Positions 34,941-47,900 of a stretch of 64,000 nt of DNA are shown piece by piece. The stretch's first letter is position 1. Each line of letters begins with the position of its first letter. The position numbers and the translations under genes are program-made. This DNA is from Octopus sinensis (taxonomy: Eukaryota), in contig NC_042997.1 in NCBI RefSeq assembly GCF_006345805.1, positions 129,456,001 to 129,520,000 of the forward strand, in the 5' to 3' direction. The notes beneath the pieces were generated by a model. It searched no databases, was not told where the DNA came from, and was given only the letters and a program-made list of their open reading frames with translations.

Positions 34941-36200
34941 GATCCAATTAACTCTCTTCCTACATTATAAAAAGTAAAAAATTACTTCTCTTTGGGACAG
35001 ACAGATCTATGTGCATGTGCCAGTTTTCTGATTCAAGAGAAATTTACACGAAGAAATGTAATACAAGTTGAAATGTATGACCACCTTTTTATTGAGAAAC
35101 ATGAATTTGAAATCAAGAAACAATGTTTTTAGGTTAAATATAATGGATAAAAAATGAAGATAAGTAATGTTGGGATGTTGAAATTCTGTTAGATGTTACA
35201 ATGATGAAATATTTGTTGTTGATTAAAGAGAAGAAAGCAATGTTTTTTTCCTTTCTGACAAATTGTAGTTGGTGAATGAGGTAACACTAAACATCTATAT
35301 AACATTACACTGACGACGCTGGAGACTAATTCGAATGTTTAGATGAATGGAATTCAAATTTTGTTTTGTTTCTAAAATTAAGAATTACTTTTAGATGAAT
35401 TAAAGCAGTGAATAATTGAAAACAATGGGAATCGAAGTAAATGATGGTAGAGGAGACAGTGTTAGAGAAGGGTTGTTTTAAAGTCACCAATTGTTTATTG
35501 GAGTTTTATCAAGAATAATAACACCTCCCAAACTTTTATTCACTATAGAACAATAAAATTTAAGATTTGGAGGATACATCATTTGTGCTCCGACATCAAG
35601 TGTATTCTGTGAGATAATTTGATAACGATATATCAGAACTACTCAAAAGCTTTGTTAGACAAGACAGCAAAATAAAAACTGAATAAACCTGTAAACTCAA
35701 AAACTCCCATTTGAGTGTTAACATCATACCTGAAATTGCAATCGTGGTAATACATTGTGAAAGACTAATAAAAAACCCACAGCCACCTTTTGCTCTGCAG
35801 AAAGGACAGGGGATGGTAATTCTAGAGTTATTGGAAGTGGTACCAGATTGATATCATGTTTGATAACAATAGTAACAGGATGTTGAGAAAACGTCTGTAT
35901 CAAAAAGAGTTTAATGTGATGAAATTTTCCAGGTTTTTTTTTTTAAAACAAAATACCACAGAAGATATGGATGGCTACATGAACAGTTGATATTCTCTCA
36001 TTATCCTATTGATTTAAGTGTCTTTAAACTTTTCAGTAAAACCAATAAGTTGGACAGGAAACAGTTCTTACAACAAAAATGTCCTAAAGAGGTGATCAAT
36101 ACACAGAAATGACAGGAATCATCTAACAAAGATGCCAATGGAAAATAAAAGAATTTTTTTTTATATATATATATAATAATGAATGTTTCTGAAAATGATG

Positions 36201-36339
36201 TCACATGAGATGCTGGGTAAAGGGAGACATGGTTTCTCCATATCCTTCAGAATGGTTTTTCGTCAAATTCTGCAGTGTCTCCTGCATCAAGTTAATGCCA
36301 TACATGAGTTCTTGCACTACATACGCATCCATCTGTTTT
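36201..36339 (-). CDS. Unidentified gene, candidate last exon (KQMDAYVVQELMYGINLMQETLQNLTKNHSEGYGETMSPFTQHLM*)
   Basis: cttttatgtttcag acceptor, phase 2, 45 codons then TGA; protein-like helical composition. Confidence 0.55.
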
Positions 36340-36616
36340 CTGAAACATAAAAGAAAATTCATTTATAGTGAAATTCAATGGTGATTGTTACCAAAGTGGT
36401 CAAGAAGAAATAAATACAACTCTATAGATGAATTTTAGTAAATGTACTGAATTACAAGAAAAACAAAATTAAAAAAACTGATTTTTAAAAATATATTAAA
36501 TATGAAAGGTAACAAGTTAGCCACAATAGAGAAATTTGTTTAAGAGTATATGATTCTTCATTAAGTCTAATAATACACGACTTTATCCCTGTCAACTCAA
36601 TTTTGGTTCTTATTAC

Positions 36617-36736
36617 ACTTCATAATTTAATCTTGCTAAATTTATCATTAATGCAGATGTGAATGCATCTGGTAGCTGTCTGTACTGTAGACAAGAAAAC
36701 AAGAAGGCACTTAAGAACAGCCTTCTAGAAAAGGAT
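36617..36736 (-). CDS. Unidentified gene, candidate internal exon (SFSRRLFLSAFLFSCLQYRQLPDAFTSALMINLARLNYE)
   Basis: tttcacttttttatatctag acceptor, GTAATA donor, 120 nt, phase 2/2, open. Confidence 0.5.
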
Positions 36737-37229
36737 CTAGATATAAAAAAGTGAAATAGTTGGGTGGAAAAGTTATTAAGCTGTTAGCATATGTATTATG
36801 ACACACACACACACACACATATATATATTGGAGCCTGGTGCAGCCTCCTGGCTTCCCAGACTCCAGTCGAACCGTCCAACCCATGCTAGCATGGAAAACG
36901 GATGTTAAACGATGATGATGATATACACAGTAAATGTTATTAGACTTTTGGGCATGACTATATTCTACATTACCTCAGTTCAACTAAAATAAGCAGTAAC
37001 CTTTTTTTGGCCCACCCCCCACCTGTTACTAGCATATTTTCAGCTGAAAAATATGTCCTCCAGAGATTTAGTAAAAAAAATTACAAAAATACAGCCCATT
37101 TAACCAGAGGCGTCTACTGCTAACTCATAAAATAAGTATTTCCAGACAATAATTGGTTTTACAATAAACAACACCAAGTTATGAGAAAATACCAGAAAAT
37201 TTCTCTTGATTGACTTATAAAAACCATAC

Positions 37230-37301
37230 ACACACATTCTCCTTGAAAGGGTATGGAAAAGGTAGAAGTCTGACCCCAAATGACTACAAAGAAACAACAA
37301 C
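37230..37301 (-). CDS. Unidentified gene, candidate internal exon (LLFLCSHLGSDFYLFHTLSRRMC)
   Basis: ctttatttgcag acceptor, GTATGG donor, 72 nt, phase 2/2, open and compatible with the next exon. No family recognised. Confidence 0.45.
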
Positions 37302-40029
37302 CTGCAAATAAAGTTGTTTCTATTTTCTATATTTATCTACACAATCATACATATAAGTCTACTATTTAAATACTTGCTTTTAATAGTTAATTTCCAAACA
37401 AATGACATCAGGTATATTAAACAAGTGTAAAGGATGGACACATACAAACATGCATAAATCTGAAACTGAAATTCTTCGATATGTTCAAATTTAAATTTCA
37501 TTATTTTTCAAACATTTCGAATTGAATCTCAATTTTAAAAGAAAACTCTGAAATTCAAATCTGATTTGAGTTAGTAAAGATTAGTGGTGGTGATGGTGAT
37601 AGTTGATATAGTAGAGTTGGTGAGAATTCAAGTGAAGAGAAAGAAGAAATTGAACAAGGTTCAAAGGAGTTAGGGTTAATGAGGATATCAGCAAACAAGT
37701 GCACAAAGTGGATTTAGGTGGAGACATGAAATGCATTCAACAAGATTACAAGAGCCAAAGGTCCCTAAAAGTAAACTTTTGAGCCTTGATTGCAAGTACC
37801 AGATGAAATTGGAGCCAATGTCGGTTTACCTCAGGATGGATCAGTCATTCAAAAACACACAACTCAATTGAAGAAAGCTTTTGGTAAGATATCAAAGAAG
37901 CCATCCTATGTTACTATAGTGAAAAGAGCTAGAGGTGGGTGAGAATAAGATGGATATCAGAATACAGAACTAACATGGAGTTGTCTGGCCAGGTTGTACT
38001 GTTGTCTAGAGAATAAAAACGCCCTTAAGTGCAGCCACCTGAAAAAGGAATAGATTTTGCATAAAAATAAATTTTTGTGGATCATAGTGGTATATTCTGA
38101 TGTTCTTAAATTGTCAAAAATGTTTCATGCTAGTATGGGTTAAAAGAATATGTGTTGGGCATAGTATAGTAGACAAGATATTGCACTTCCTATCACTAAT
38201 CCTTATTTGCTTTCCAATAAGTCTTTTTTTCACTTTACTCACCTTTGAAAGCTGAGCTACAGGACGATTTGTTAGTGTGGAAATGTCAATGCTTTTTATG
38301 TGGGGACATGGAATATTTAGCGTGCATACACATATGAGCTGCCAAGGCAATGATCAGCCGAAGAAACAGTAGAAGACACTTGCTCAAAATGCCACTGCAT
38401 GTTATCTGGAACAAGGGAGACCAAGTGGTAACACAGCAAACTCTGTATTCACATGGCCATCGTTAGGCTTATATTGATGATTATAATAAACTTTTTCTGT
38501 ATATTTCACATAATTTTCTTTAATGTAGCCTTTAACTACAAAAAAGTTCCCCACTTATGGACAAAATTATTATTGTATATTATGAAAATTCTAAAAGTAG
38601 AAAAAATTACTAGGACATTGTAAATACAATCTTAAAATAATTTCCTGTACACTATCATGAGGAAAATCAGGTGCAAGCATGGCCAATAGACACAAATGTG
38701 GCTGTGTGGTTGAGAAACTTGCTTCCCAACCATATAGTTTCAGGGTCAATCCCACTGAACATCACCTTGGGCAACTGTCTTCTACAACAGTCCTGGGCTG
38801 GCCAGTCTTTTGAGTGGATTTGGTAGACAGAAACTGAAAGAAGCCTACTATACCATTAACATAATTTGATGTCCATGTTCCATGGTGGCATGGGTTGGAC
38901 TGTATGTATGTGTGTGCGTGTACTGCGTACTCTTGCCTTTACATTATATGATGGTTGTCAACAAGCATCACTGTCAAACAAATGATGTTTCCAGTTTTCC
39001 ATGAAACATGTTTGGCCATGGAGAAATATTAAATTGCATGTAAACAGGAAGGTTGGTGACAGGAAGGGTATCTAGCTGTAGAAAATCTGCCTCAACAAAT
39101 TCTGCTTGATCTATGCAAGCTTTGGAAAAGTGGACATTAAGTGATGATGATGACGACTGTCATGAGTATCCTCATTTTAATGTCCATTTTTCTAAGCTTG
39201 TATGATCTGGATAGCTTTGTTGCAGTCCCTCATCATCTGATACACACAGAGAAGAGAATATTGGTAATCTGTTATTGTATATGTAACAGGCTGTTGATTT
39301 TTTTCCTTTTTTTGCTTTCAACTAATTAATTTACAACTAAATGATATTGTACTGCTGGAACTGTTAAAACAGGAATTTAATTACAACAGTCTCAATGAAA
39401 GATCTACACATATGTGAGAGATGAATGAAAGACTATGCAAATATTATTAGTAAGAGGTAAAACAATGTAGTGCCGTTAAGGTAGAGTGTAAACATATATT
39501 ATTATCAGCTATTGAAATAACGAGTACAGATTAGGCAAAAGCAAAGCCATTTTAAAATGATGGTGATGATGAAGGTACTTATTTTACTGTCTAAAACTGA
39601 TAAAATAAGTTATAGTAATGCACTGGAGTTTACTTAAAAGTTTATAACTCTCCTTTTGGACAACCCTTTACAATAAAATCTAGTTATCCTCTAAATGGTA
39701 GGTGACTAAGGGCCTTATAGTATAAATGGTTTCCCTATTTTAATACTAATGAAAGGATTAATATAGAAGTGACAGATCATGTAGTATGAGGAAGTAACTT
39801 AAAGGATTTCTATCCTTCTTGAATACCATCAAAAAAGTTTGAAGGTGGTCATTATGACAATAGTAAATATAATTGAATACTTTCCCATTTAGAAAATAAT
39901 AACAACAAGCTTATTGTGTACAGGTGCACAAGTAGGAAAAGGGTAAAATGGGGGACAGAAAACAGTAACAATTCAAGTAAATAGGGACAGGATAAAACAC
40001 AAGAAGACAGAAAGGTGATGAGTAAAAGA

Positions 40030-41830
40030 GGAAAGGGTGCACAGGTACATCAGGAGGGTGTAGGTGAATTTTGTGAAGCATGATATTTTTGAAGATACAA
40101 TGTCCTGACAGCTGACAGTTGATGCTTCAACAATTCTGAATGTGAAAAAAAAGTGTCTTTGAGAGTGAAAAGTATTACAAGTGGTAGAAATACTGAATTA
40201 AAGTAAAGTTGGACAAGAATTTTGTTGGAAAATAGCAGATAATCTTGTGGATTTCTAATGAGTTAGCTGTTGATGTTCAATATATGGTGACTGACAGAGG
40301 GTATTCATCTGCCTAGCTTCCAGTAGATTGATATTCTGGACAAGATGAGTGTTCCAGACCAGAAATGTGAAAAAGTATGGATCTACTATAGCCATATATA
40401 GCTTTAAACAGATAGCCAGTGAGTAGCTGACAAAGGTCTTACTGAGCGATATTTAGACACCTTCAGCCTTTTTCGTAATTTTGGAGATGGTTTGTCTCAC
40501 AGAGATCATTGTTGTCAATAATGCCTAAATTACATTCACCAGTATACTGACATTAAGTAATTAAATTAATTGTGAGTAATTAAATTCTGAGTTCCTCTAA
40601 AAATGTATTGTGGTACACTTGTCTACAGCCAACTTCAGTGTCCAGGTCAAATTGAAGGAGAGATTTATAGTGTATGAGTTCTGTTCTTTTATCTCAAGGT
40701 ACAACTTAAAGTTATTTGCATATTCTATTATAGTAACATGCTTCAAGTTAGCATCTATTGTGTTAATATATGCAACAATCAGGGGACCAATATTCCTGCT
40801 GAACTCCAGACATCATCAAGTAGGATACAGAATGTTGTCCTAGCACTGTGACTACCTCTTTTTCACCAACAATGAAGGACTTCAACTTGTTATATAGATT
40901 AGCCCCCATGCTCAATGCAAAGGGCTTCACCATAAATCATCTGTATGTGATAGAATTAAAGACTTTGGTGAATTTGAGACAGATAACATCCAGCTATGAG
41001 CCATCATCTATAAATCAGGTGATGTCTTTAAGAAATTAGATGAGTTAAATCAAAACTGTAAGGGTCAAATAAAATAAAAGTTTCAGAGTGTCTCTCTGAC
41101 ATAGGAGTCTATCAATTTAGCAATACAGTTAGTGAGAATGACTGAATGCTAATTGATAGGTGATATGTGATTACCTTTTTTGAACAGAATAACAACACTG
41201 GCAATTTTCCACTGTTCTAGGGTAATGCAATTAAAGCAGAATTGGAAGAGGCCTTCACATCTGAGGAGCAGGTAAATAACATCATTAAGGTCAGAAGCAT
41301 AGTTACATGCTTGATGTAGTGTAACAGTATTGCAGAAGTAAAATAAAGACATGTTTGGGAATTAGGTGGATTTTCAACAGTAAAAATGCCAGCTTAGCAT
41401 TCACCAATAAGCTCTGCACACTCCTTGGGTTCATCAGTAATTTGACCCATGATAGAATTGCAGAGAGGGCTGACAGGAAGGTGAGGCCTGTTTTTGAGCA
41501 TGCATTTCCAGGACATTCTATTGAGTTGGTTTTAGTACTCCCCTTTTTAGTTACATGGTTGATATGGTTGGATACTCTGTTTTACCTTCCATTATCCCCG
41601 TTCTATGTAACCTGTATTCATGTTCAGTATCTCGCTGTTCTTTACTGATAAGGCGAACAGCTGCATTCTCCCAATCTACATTTTTTAGGTTTCTAACAAA
41701 TTTATGTGGTACTGGTGCTTCAAATGTAGCCCAGATCCAATTGAACAAGATTCTTGGACATTGTTGTATTTTAGAACAGTGACCAATTTTGTCACATAGT
41801 TCACCCATACATGAAACCATAGCAAGTTTG
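40030..41830 (-). mobile_element. Decayed CR1-like LINE relic
   Basis: LEQWKIASVVILFKKG RT N-terminal motif (41170-41230); 40030-40560 is similar to the 24.9-25.5 kb copy. Confidence 0.7.
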
Positions 41831-42329
41831 TCCTGTTTGTCTATCCATACAAAAAAAACTCTCTAAGTATAAAGCATTCATTAAACAGATTAAATATAAT
41901 AAAGTGCTTTCATGACTGTTGGTTAGATAGAAATATTTAAAAAGTGATGTGATATGCACTGGAAATAAAAGTATATTACTAAAATATATGCAGTTCAGAG
42001 AGTAAATGAATTGTGATTTACCAGAGTTAAGATATATTTATCAATATGTGCATACAAATCTGCATGTAAATGCTTCTTTTTGAAGAAAACAAACTTTAAC
42101 ATTAGAAAAAATAAATAATAAGAGTTCAGATTCATAGCATAAAATTAACTTCCATTTTACTGAAATATTAAACAAACCTAAGAACATTTACTAATGTGAT
42201 AGTAACACAAAAAAAAACTTTCAAATTGTATCAGGTTGGAGTAAAAATAATCACAGTTTTTAACCATAAACTTTAAGCAAGACATCTCAACTCAGAATAA
42301 ATTTTATTAATCAAAATAATAACCATTAG

Positions 42330-42900
42330 ATTCTGCACATTTTTGCCAACAAAAAATAACCCTATCTCAGTAGCATTGAATTTTGTTTGCCTTGGAACAG
42401 ATGAATTCTTTGAAGGCATTTTGAACAAATGCTTGGATGTTGAAGACTTTTTGTAGGTCTGGTGAGTCAGCTGGGTGAGTAGTTTTGTAGTCTAATCTGT
42501 TTAATTTCTGCAGTCATTTATGAGACATGGTTGAGAGTAGTCATGGTGAAGAATTGGTACGTCTCACTTGACTAAAGCTGAACATAAACGTTGCAATTCT
42601 TGGGGCATTTTGGTATATTTCTAGGCATCTCTGCTGTGATGGTTTCACCAAGGTTTAAGAAATATGAGGGGATGATTCCATTTGCCTTGCAGGAAGTGAC
42701 CATAACCTTCCTTTGATGCTTCACTCCAGTCCAGCATGGAGTGCAATCAGTTGTCATATGAATCCATTTCTTTTTCATCACAAAGCAATCAAGATATACA
42801 TTGTTAGTGTTGCACCAAAGAAGTAAAGAGCAAACAACATAATGGTGTGTTTTAAAATTTTCATTGAGTCCACATGGTACACATTTGCTGAAAGATCAAC
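42330..42900 (-). mobile_element. Decayed mariner transposase relic
   Basis: HP.DSPDL-like and G.IP..F..GETITAE-like remnants on the minus strand. Confidence 0.55.
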
Positions 42901-43739
42901 ATTTAGTTCTTCTGCAACAGAGTTGTTTTGTGCCATCATCATCGTTTAACGTCTGCTTTCCATGCTAGCATGGGTTGGACTATTTGACTGAGGTCTGGCG
43001 AACCAGATGGCTGCACCAGACTCCAATCTGATCTGAATGATGTTTTTTACGTGCCATCGGTACGGAGGCCAGCTTGTTGCTCTGTCAACAATCTCACTGG
43101 TAATCAATTGGTTGTCAATTGCATGTCTTCTGCAAATATTCCTCATTTTCATTATAAAAACTTTGGAACTAAATGTTTGTTGGTGGTCCCCTGGCCAAAT
43201 GCTTGGTTGATATTATTAGCAGTTTCCATTGCCTTGTAAATCCAATTTGAACACATGCAATAAAATCACTTGAATTTGCGTTTTTTTCACACCTTTAATT
43301 TAATAGTCTAAGAATAAACATCATCATACGTTTTTCATGCCAGCATGGGTTGGACAGTGAAAACAAAACCATTGGCATAAATCAATTGTTAAAAACTGCA
43401 CCTTTAAAATGGTATATTGCACGTACACAATAAAATAAAATAATCAAAGTTTAAAATAACAAAAACTGCCACATTTTTGCACCAACCTATTATTTCTTTA
43501 ACTTCTGTTGGGATTTCTACTGTTTGTATTAAAAAAAAACTCTATTTGGAGTTATAGTCAAAATGATTGACACTGAACATTAAGTTGCATCAGTGCTCAT
43601 CAGCTGTTGAAAAAAATGAGATCTAAATACAAGATGCACCAGGTCACCAAGAATAAGAAAAAATACAAAGAGAAACAAGACATCAAACAAAAAAATGGCA
43701 CACATTGTTTAACGAGATATCAAAAAAACATGTCATTTA

Positions 43740-44900
43740 ACAAAGCCATCCTCAGTCTCAATGACGACTTTGATGCAGCCATGGAAGTAACTGCATGCTC
43801 CAAGTTCAGCCGTTCTCTGCTCCAGCTTTCTTCTTGGCACCTCCCACCACCCAATGATACCTCAAATGCAGCAGTCCAGGGAACTCAAATCAGTATAGCT
43901 AAGAGGTCATATAACCACATGGTTCATCCAGCCCTTGCTTGATGAGAATTGTTCTCTCCTCATGTAAGACTTATTTGCAGCCAATGTCTTCAGGCACCAC
44001 ACATCTGATAGTGGACTCCACCATCTTGAACTCATCATCATCATCATTTAACGTCTGCTTTCCATGCTAGCATGGGTTGGACAATTTCACTGAGGTCTGG
44101 CGAACCAGATGGCTGCACCAGGCTCCAATCTGATCTGGCAGAGTTTCTACAGCTGGGTGCCCTTCCTAACGCCAACTGCTCTGAGAGTGTAGTGGGTGCT
44201 TTTATGTGTCACCAGCACAAGGGCCAGTCAGGCAGTACTGGCAACGGCCACGCTCAAATGGTGTGTTTATGTGCCACCTGCACAGGAGCCAGTCCAACGG
44301 CCTCGCTCAAATGTTTTTTCATGTGCCACCAGCACAAGAGCCAGTAAGGCGACGCAGGTAACGATCACGCTCGAATGGTGCTTTTTACGGAAGCCAGTTT
44401 GTTGCTCTGGCAACGATCACGCTCGGATGGTATTCTTAGTGCTCCACTAGCACGGGTGCCAGTCATCAAATTTGATTTCGATTTCACTTGCCTCAAAAGG
44501 TCTTCGCAAGCAGAGTTTAATGTCTAATGAAGGAAAGGTACGCATAAGTGGGCTGGTTACACCCCTGCGTAGGCCATGAGGTTATGGTCTCACTTGGCTT
44601 GCTGAGTCTTCAGTGACCTACTGGGGTTATTGTTGATGATGTTCTGGTCCAACATGAACTGGTCTTCATGACATCTAACTTCGGAGAATGTTTTACCTCT
44701 TGGTCATAGATGACACATCTGTATACAAAGGATTTAGAAGCTGAAGGTTGATGGATAGAGCCAAAAGCACAATATATTGTTTCCTTTTTTGTGTCAGATA
44801 AGAATTTGATATGTTAATGGCATTTATACATCTGGAAGAGAAATGACGAAGTTAAAATTCGTCACATGCACTATATGTTAGATTGCTTCCATTCATGGTC
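43740..44900 (-). mobile_element. Possible Tc1/mariner relic split by the RTE tail at 44035-44610
   Basis: Degenerate remnants on both sides of the insertion resemble a DDE transposase; weak. Confidence 0.35.
44035..44610 (-). mobile_element. Young RTE/BovB-like LINE 3' end (3' UTR with internal tandem units)
   Basis: CATCATCATTTAACGTCTGCTTTCCATGCTAGCATGGGTTGG start, CpGs retained. Sister tails at 8283-8545(-), 24165-24342(+), 31785-32100(-), 36830-36920(+), 42935-43035(-) and 54065-54410(-). Confidence 0.85.
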
Positions 44901-47900
44901 TGTTAAAGTTTGTTCAGAAATATTTGGCCCACAGTGTATTAAAAAGCTGACAGGAAATGATAACATAAAGAAAAAAAGAATCCTTTAAATGATTAAATTG
45001 TCTCTTAAAGCCAAACCATGGCATTCTTCATCTATAAACTTCACTCATTTCTTCATGGTTCAACTGATATTTAAAAAGTTATTTCTAATAACTCCACAAG
45101 TTGCATTAGTAAGTTTTCTTCAATGACCTTTGGATATTAAACTCTTCATTTCTTGGATTAGTCCACTGTGAATCGTAAACAAAATTCTACTTCTTTTTAA
45201 CTGGTTTGCTTTAGTCTAGGTGAGGGATCCACATTTTCTACCATAGGAATCAAATCCTCAATTATATAGGCAGCTTGTAAACATCATTCTGGTTTGAAAC
45301 AGTAGCATATCAAACAATCTCTCAGAACAACTCATCTCTTTGTAGGTGGAGTTGCTATTAATAACAATCTTTCCAGTTACCATCTTCTAAAATCACAACA
45401 AGGTAAGTTTACTCATTAATTTGCTTAGGGTAGCTTAAACCAGATAGATTTTGAGATAAAAACTTAAGTCAATATGTTCCTTGATAGGGAAAACTTGTCT
45501 TAAGGGTATTTTCTTTCCAGAGACAGTCACTTACCAGAACTTCAATTTTTCAAGGGCAGAAGTTAATTGGTAAATGAATACAAGATGAATATGACACTTG
45601 TTAGAAATATCAATCCCTGTATTCGAACAGCATTTCTCTGGATCAGTATTAGATTCTGTTCTACTGACCAAGCAACAGGAATTATGTTTTTACAAGTATG
45701 GTGTAGAAAACGTATTGACATCAATCTGTGAAAGAGTAACAAACTCACCCCTTTCTCCAGAAACCTGAAGTAGTACCTTAGGAAAGTGCTAACAAACTCT
45801 CAGGCCAGAGTTACAGTAGGGTCCAGAACCCAGTGGAACAGACAGAAGTGTGTTATATGCTCTCTACAGCTGTGATGACAAATGATAGTAGTAGTCTGAT
45901 ATTTCCAATTATCTTGGAGGCTTGGTCATTGGTTATCTCACTATCAAGATCCTGGGTATGATGTTAAACTGTACTCAAGTCCCCAACTAATGGGTGGTCC
46001 AGTTGAATGTCACTACATTGGCTGGGGCTGGAGTTCCAGCAGATTCTTTTCTGCATCCTTCAGAATAGGTCTGCCCACATCAGAATAGCATAGCTAGGAG
46101 TAGTGACTGCATGATACTCTATTTCATTAAAGGAAGGATATCATGTAGCCCAAGTTTATGATGACCATGATTATATTTTTAAGAATTTCACAACCATGAA
46201 GTAAATGATTTGTAAATAGCAACCTAAGAAACAGTCTAAATTTTATTTAAATTCTCAATAAAAATGAGAAAATTATAATTCAATGAGTTTATTCACTTAG
46301 TAATTTACAAAGAAACAAATTTAAAAACCATGAACAAATTATTTAGACAAACTTTTATTCAAATTAATTTGTCTAATACAGATTTGTAACATTTTATGTA
46401 AATTAGTAGCCTTGCAAGAGTAGTGAGTGTTGGTTTGGTTGACTTTTAAAACCAATCTCTCTCTAACAAATCGACCAAATATCTGCATCACATTACACAA
46501 ATAACAACAGACTCAATTAGGCTTTCAACTTTTTTTATTTTCTAAAATTGTAATTAAATGATTTGTAAATACAATATCTTCACAAGGTAAAAATCAAATA
46601 TTGCAATACACATTTCAATAGCTACACCCTCTTGTAAAGTGTTTACACAAGATAGCTGGAAACTAACAGAAACTGAAGATGAGCATATTTTTTAGCCTGG
46701 CCTGACTATTTACAAGACTGATTCTTTGTCAAAATATCACAGACTAAAATTTTGGGTTAACCTAAACTGTTTTGAGTGATCATTATTTTAAAGCTTCTTT
46801 ATCAAACAATAAACGACAATAACTTAATACAGAGATTAAAATGACAAAAATGAAATAAAAATAATTTTTTCTTCATTCAGTTATGTCAGAATTATAAGAC
46901 CTGAAGTCACTTTAAAGCTAGCCAAATTTCTGCAGTACAGTTTATGTGTATATACACACACACAATAGACAAGAACTTACATGCTTGCAGTTCTATATGC
47001 TGTGCATAAAGGATATGTACAACTGTTCATAGGATAGCTGGGAGGCCACACCAGTCATTAAAAAAGAGACACAGACTGAATGGTAATGAATCCAATGAGT
47101 TGGGATAAATAAATCAGACATTAAATCAGAGCACAAGAAGAACCTATACATTTTACACCAATAGCACCCATTTCAAAAAGTCTGTCACTTTCTATAGATA
47201 CAATGTTGCTAGCCACAGTTATTTCTGTTTCTTAACAACATCTCCAACTATCTTTACTATCACAATTGTACATGATATTGCTAAAGATTAAGTAGGCAGT
47301 GAAACTATCATCTAATATCTGTATTTAAACCAAATTAACATTGAAAAAAGTGAAGTAGAAGATTCTAAGACAAAACAAAAAACAAAAAAAAATCAGTGAA
47401 ATAAAACAGAGTTATGTTTAAAACACCTAAGGGTTTGATTGGAAATACTGACAATGAAATCCATAAATCAACACTTCAGTTTATTAGAAATGCTAAGCTG
47501 TTGGGTGAGCAATTGTTCTACTTTGCTGGAATCTCACACTTATTTCATTTAAGTCTCCAATTGGTCTCAGTTTTGTTACTGTGCTCTTAGAGTGAACTCA
47601 AAACCATTAAATACATCTGAGCTTAGTTTGCCAATGGAAAGAGTTACATAGTTATTTCTGAAGGGCTAGACATTAGTGAGACAGTTAAGGTGAGAATTGC
47701 AGAGTAAGAAAGAAGTGAGTATATTGTCAGGGCATGTTATACAGATGGAAAGACCAAAAGCATAGAGATAGGGGACACATAGTACAGTAGTCTATTTCTT
47801 TTCTAGACCAGTACCAAGACATCAGTATAGTATTTATCAATAAGATTGTTTAATAATAAGCAACTTAGTTTTGTTCTTTCATTGCAATATGGCTATTTGG

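Noticed and set aside
41851-42160. Further candidate upstream exons for the unidentified gene (41851-41915 and about 42055-42158)
   Set aside because: Their phases are mutually incompatible, and such short AT-rich open frames are expected by chance.
43607-43942. 111-aa Lys-rich plus-strand ORF
   Set aside because: It starts at TTG, is driven by A-rich low complexity, and overlaps a probable transposon relic on the other strand.
45533-45790. Exon-like minus-strand segment with a GTAAGT donor and an apparent 23-nt intron at 45726-45748
   Set aside because: The frame from the strong acceptor contains a stop, 23 nt is too short for a typical metazoan intron, and no protein is recognisable.
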